From the NCBI GenBank assembly GCA_031370005.1, contig JANMPT010000025.1, positions 94,068 through 158,067 of the forward strand: 64,000 nucleotides of DNA. The letters are read 5' to 3'. The DNA comes from Bdellovibrionales bacterium. Lineage in GTDB: Bacteria > Bdellovibrionota > Bdellovibrionia > Bdellovibrionales > Bdellovibrionaceae. This document shows, piece after piece, positions 61,517 through 64,000 of the stretch (the stretch's first letter is position 1; each line of letters begins with the position of its first letter). A model generated the notes under the pieces. It ran no database searches and was not told where the DNA came from. It saw only the letters and a program-made list of their open reading frames with translations. A program made the translations under genes and the position numbers.

Positions 61517-62098
61517 CTAAAATTGGAACCCGACGTGAAGAGTTCCAAACGGAAGCCACTGTTTTGCTGAATAGGTCTGGGCTCCTATCTTTGGATCATC
61601 CCCAACCAACGAAACATAGCCAACGCCTGCCCAGGGTAAAAGATAGAGGCCGCTTGTTCCGATATTCCAACGATAGCCAACGCGTGGCATAATTATCACT
61701 GCATTGTATTTGACGACACCGCCAGCAACATTCTTGTCAATAAGTTCAAGTGCGTGGTGAGCCAGCTGAACCCCAACAAAAAGGCCCTCATTTTTTGAAG
61801 ATGATAGGTACCTATCCACAAACAGGCCAAAGCCCGACTTCAACTTTACAGTTAAATTATCAGATGATGGGCTAATGACTAAACCTTTCATAAGGCCAGG
61901 GAATTCAAGAGAATACGTACCCAGGCCAATCACCCATGGTGACCCATCTGTTTGAACTCTGATATGGGCAGCGTAGCCACCGAATGCAAAAGTCGCAGGA
62001 TCAGTCTCTACTGAGAGATCAGCGGCGTTCGCAGTTGTCGCCACAAGACTTAGCGTAAAATACAGAGCCATTACATTGAACCAAATAATCATCTTCAT
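61517..62098 (-). CDS. Small outer-membrane beta-barrel protein
   Basis: Signal peptide ending ANA; alternating beta-strands; C-terminal VGFQF. Confidence 0.7.
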   Translation of the reverse strand: MKMIIWFNVMALYFTLSLVATTANAADLSVETDPATFAFGGYAAHIRVQTDGSPWVIGLGTYSLEFPGLMKGLVISPSSDNLTVKLKSGFGLFVDRYLSSSKNEGLFVGVQLAHHALELIDKNVAGGVVKYNAVIIMPRVGYRWNIGTSGLYLLPWAGVGYVSLVGDDPKIGAQTYSAKQWLPFGTLHVGFQF

Positions 62099-62201
62099 CA
62101 CTATTCCTCCGGGTTTATAAGTGCTATAATTACTTTAATAGCCATACAGTAATTTTAAAAGTAGTAGCAAAATTGTAACTAATGGGAAGGGAAGGTAATA
62201 C

Positions 62202-62549
62202 TTGGCGAAATCTTACTCGAAAAGTGGAAAAAATAAATTTGATGACGCTTGTAACCCGAGTTGTCCCGTAAGGAAATCGCTTGAGCTTCTTGACGGTAAG
62301 TGGACTATCTTGGTTTTACGAGATTTACTTGGCGGACCAAGAAGATTTGGAGAACTCAAACGATCTCTCGGCGATCTAAATCCTAAAACACTGACAGATC
62401 GACTTCGTCAGCTTGAGAAAGCTAAAGTCGTATCAAAAAAAATATTTGCCGAGATTCCACCAAGGGTTGAGTATTCCCTCACAAAAAAAGGAATGGCACT
62501 CAAGGGCGTGATTGAGGCGCTGGCTCAGTGGGGAACCGATTGGATTTAA
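62202..62549 (+). CDS. HxlR family winged-helix transcriptional regulator
   Basis: CPV..L..KW, RRFGEL and PPRVEYSLT motifs. Confidence 0.92.
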   Translation: MAKSYSKSGKNKFDDACNPSCPVRKSLELLDGKWTILVLRDLLGGPRRFGELKRSLGDLNPKTLTDRLRQLEKAKVVSKKIFAEIPPRVEYSLTKKGMALKGVIEALAQWGTDWI

Positions 62550-62976
62550 TATAAACTAGCAAATTTAAAAAGGCCCGAACCTGCACGTACCTTTTGGTTT
62601 GGTACGTTTCATTTTTTATATTCAAGCCATGCTTCGCGAAGTCTTTTTCGCTGTTATTGGCGCAAGGAAGTACGCACGAGCTTCTTTTAATGCACCTACA
62701 AAAACTATTATGACAAGTGTACAGCAGTTATTAAGGGCGGTTCCAAACAAGCAGACTTGCAAATAGCAAGTTTCATTGCGGCTCCACCCATTCTCCTTAT
62801 TGGCAAGTCTTTAGCTACGGATTCAAGCAAAGGACCACTTGATGAACATTAAGACCAAAATAAAGGATGCGTTCGCTGGTGCCTGGTTTAGAGTCCGCTC
62901 TAAAGAAAGTTCTTTTTATCTTCTTGTAACTCCCTACCTCTTGAACTACCATTTTTATCTTGAAAAGGGGAAGACT

Positions 62977-64000
62977 GTGAAAAAAAATTGGATTTTTGGT
63001 GTCGCAGGAATTTTACTGGCTTTGTCCGGTTGTATTGGTGATAAAACAAAAGCCCCTTTGCACGTAGGGATCAAGTTGGTCAGGGCTTCGATGATACAAA
63101 ATATTTCATCTCCGGCAGATTCATCAAATCCAATTTTAAATTTCGCAATCCCGGCCTGGCAATCCTTCACTCCTGATGTAATTGCTATACCATTTTTCTC
63201 TGTTGGATTGAAGGATTCATTCGGCGTTGAGCATGAGATCTACAACTGTGCCGCACAGACTAATGATGCTTGTCTCATTCAACTTTCGGCAAATCCTGAC
63301 TCAATGAACTTGATTGATACATCTAATTCTGGGGTCGCTCTTGGAACTTATGTCAGTGTCTATGTGCGCACGTGCACAAGTGGAAATCAGTATTTTGGAA
63401 GAATGCAGGGATCAATCACCATGGGTGGTCTTCGCTATGTAACACAAGCTTCTGGGCTTATTGCTAGCGAAGTTGCACAAGTAGGAGATGCTGTATTCCC
63501 TGCCCTGGGATGCAAACATGAATATATTTTCCCATCGCCGGTTACTGTCGCAGATACGACCCAAAAAACTTTGCAATTTTATATGGATATGAACGATGTT
63601 GCATGGGCAGCAATTGGCGATGCCGCGACGTCGAACAGTTGGAACCCGTCTACTTGCACTGGCTCAAGTGCTACAGCCGGGCCCTTTGCATGTATATCTT
63701 ATCCAGAAGTAGCCGTTAACCTACTTGCATCTCCAAGCGCGCCAAATCCAGATCATGAAGCATATCATGTCAATGGTGGAGCAACGTTTTCTTTGTTTTT
63801 TGCAAACAATAGACCCTTAAGTGGTTGGGCAAGGCCCTATTACACTTATGGAGTCTATAATTTCCCTGGCTTTAATGCTGGTACTCCATTTAAAACTTTT
63901 TCTTTAAATGCCAATGGCACATTAAACTTAGAAACTTTTCCTAATTTTGGGTCAACGCACGGGTCTTTTTTGGCCACTGCATTTCAACGAATAACTCATG
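62977..64000 (+). CDS. Cys-containing lipoprotein, runs off the window end (missing from the ORF track)
   Basis: GTG start after AAGGGG; MKKNWIFGVAGILLALSGC lipobox; no stop through position 64000. Confidence 0.75.
   Translation, partial: MKKNWIFGVAGILLALSGCIGDKTKAPLHVGIKLVRASMIQNISSPADSSNPILNFAIPAWQSFTPDVIAIPFFSVGLKDSFGVEHEIYNCAAQTNDACLIQLSANPDSMNLIDTSNSGVALGTYVSVYVRTCTSGNQYFGRMQGSITMGGLRYVTQASGLIASEVAQVGDAVFPALGCKHEYIFPSPVTVADTTQKTLQFYMDMNDVAWAAIGDAATSNSWNPSTCTGSSATAGPFACISYPEVAVNLLASPSAPNPDHEAYHVNGGATFSLFFANNRPLSGWARPYYTYGVYNFPGFNAGTPFKTFSLNANGTLNLETFPNFGSTHGSFLATAFQRITH

Larger units (their letters stand above)
52511..62938. mobile_element. Putative degenerate genomic island integrated at tRNA-Val (no integrase visible)
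   Basis: Core synteny ends at the tRNA; pseudogenes and cargo genes follow; 10-bp copy of the tRNA 3' end (ACTCCCTACC) at 62929-62938. Confidence 0.5.

Noticed and set aside
60620..61692. Several overlapping short ORFs upstream of the YcaO operon, considered as alternative precursors
   Set aside because: Wrong strand or inside the repeat element; no convincing RBS or recognisable features
62955..63170. 71-aa minus-strand ORF
   Set aside because: Antisense to the longer lipoprotein ORF starting at 62977

Overview
A 64-kb chromosomal segment, most likely from a Bdellovibrionota (Bdellovibrio-like) bacterium, judged from gene content and protein style. Positions 1-52,372 are mostly core genes: mtgA, a NodIJ-like ABC transporter, typA, dusB, nitroreductases, an MCP, an ast-like aminotransferase/M20/astA/astD/mltG operon, bamD, hpt, an L,D-transpeptidase, PBP1A, ftsEX-envC-ctpA, tig, a pair of ArsA-like ATPases, gshA, pepA and clpP-clpX-lon. 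A small accessory patch at about 20-25.6 kb holds BPL-N, guanine deaminase, higBA, a FeeM-like/PilZ fusion and a SoxB-like nucleotidase. After tRNA-Val(TAC) at 52,435-52,510 lies an apparently decaying island with no visible integrase. It contains pseudogenes, an orphan IetA-like AAA ATPase whose probable partner gene stops after 35 codons, and a REP/MITE-like inverted repeat pair. Its most interesting part is a tightly packed four-gene operon: small secreted protein (frameshifted), orphan family-5 peptide-binding protein, stand-alone YcaO and a membrane sensor histidine kinase. This looks like a YcaO-modified-peptide signalling (quorum-sensing-like) cassette. All calls come from reading motifs by eye; no searches were run.
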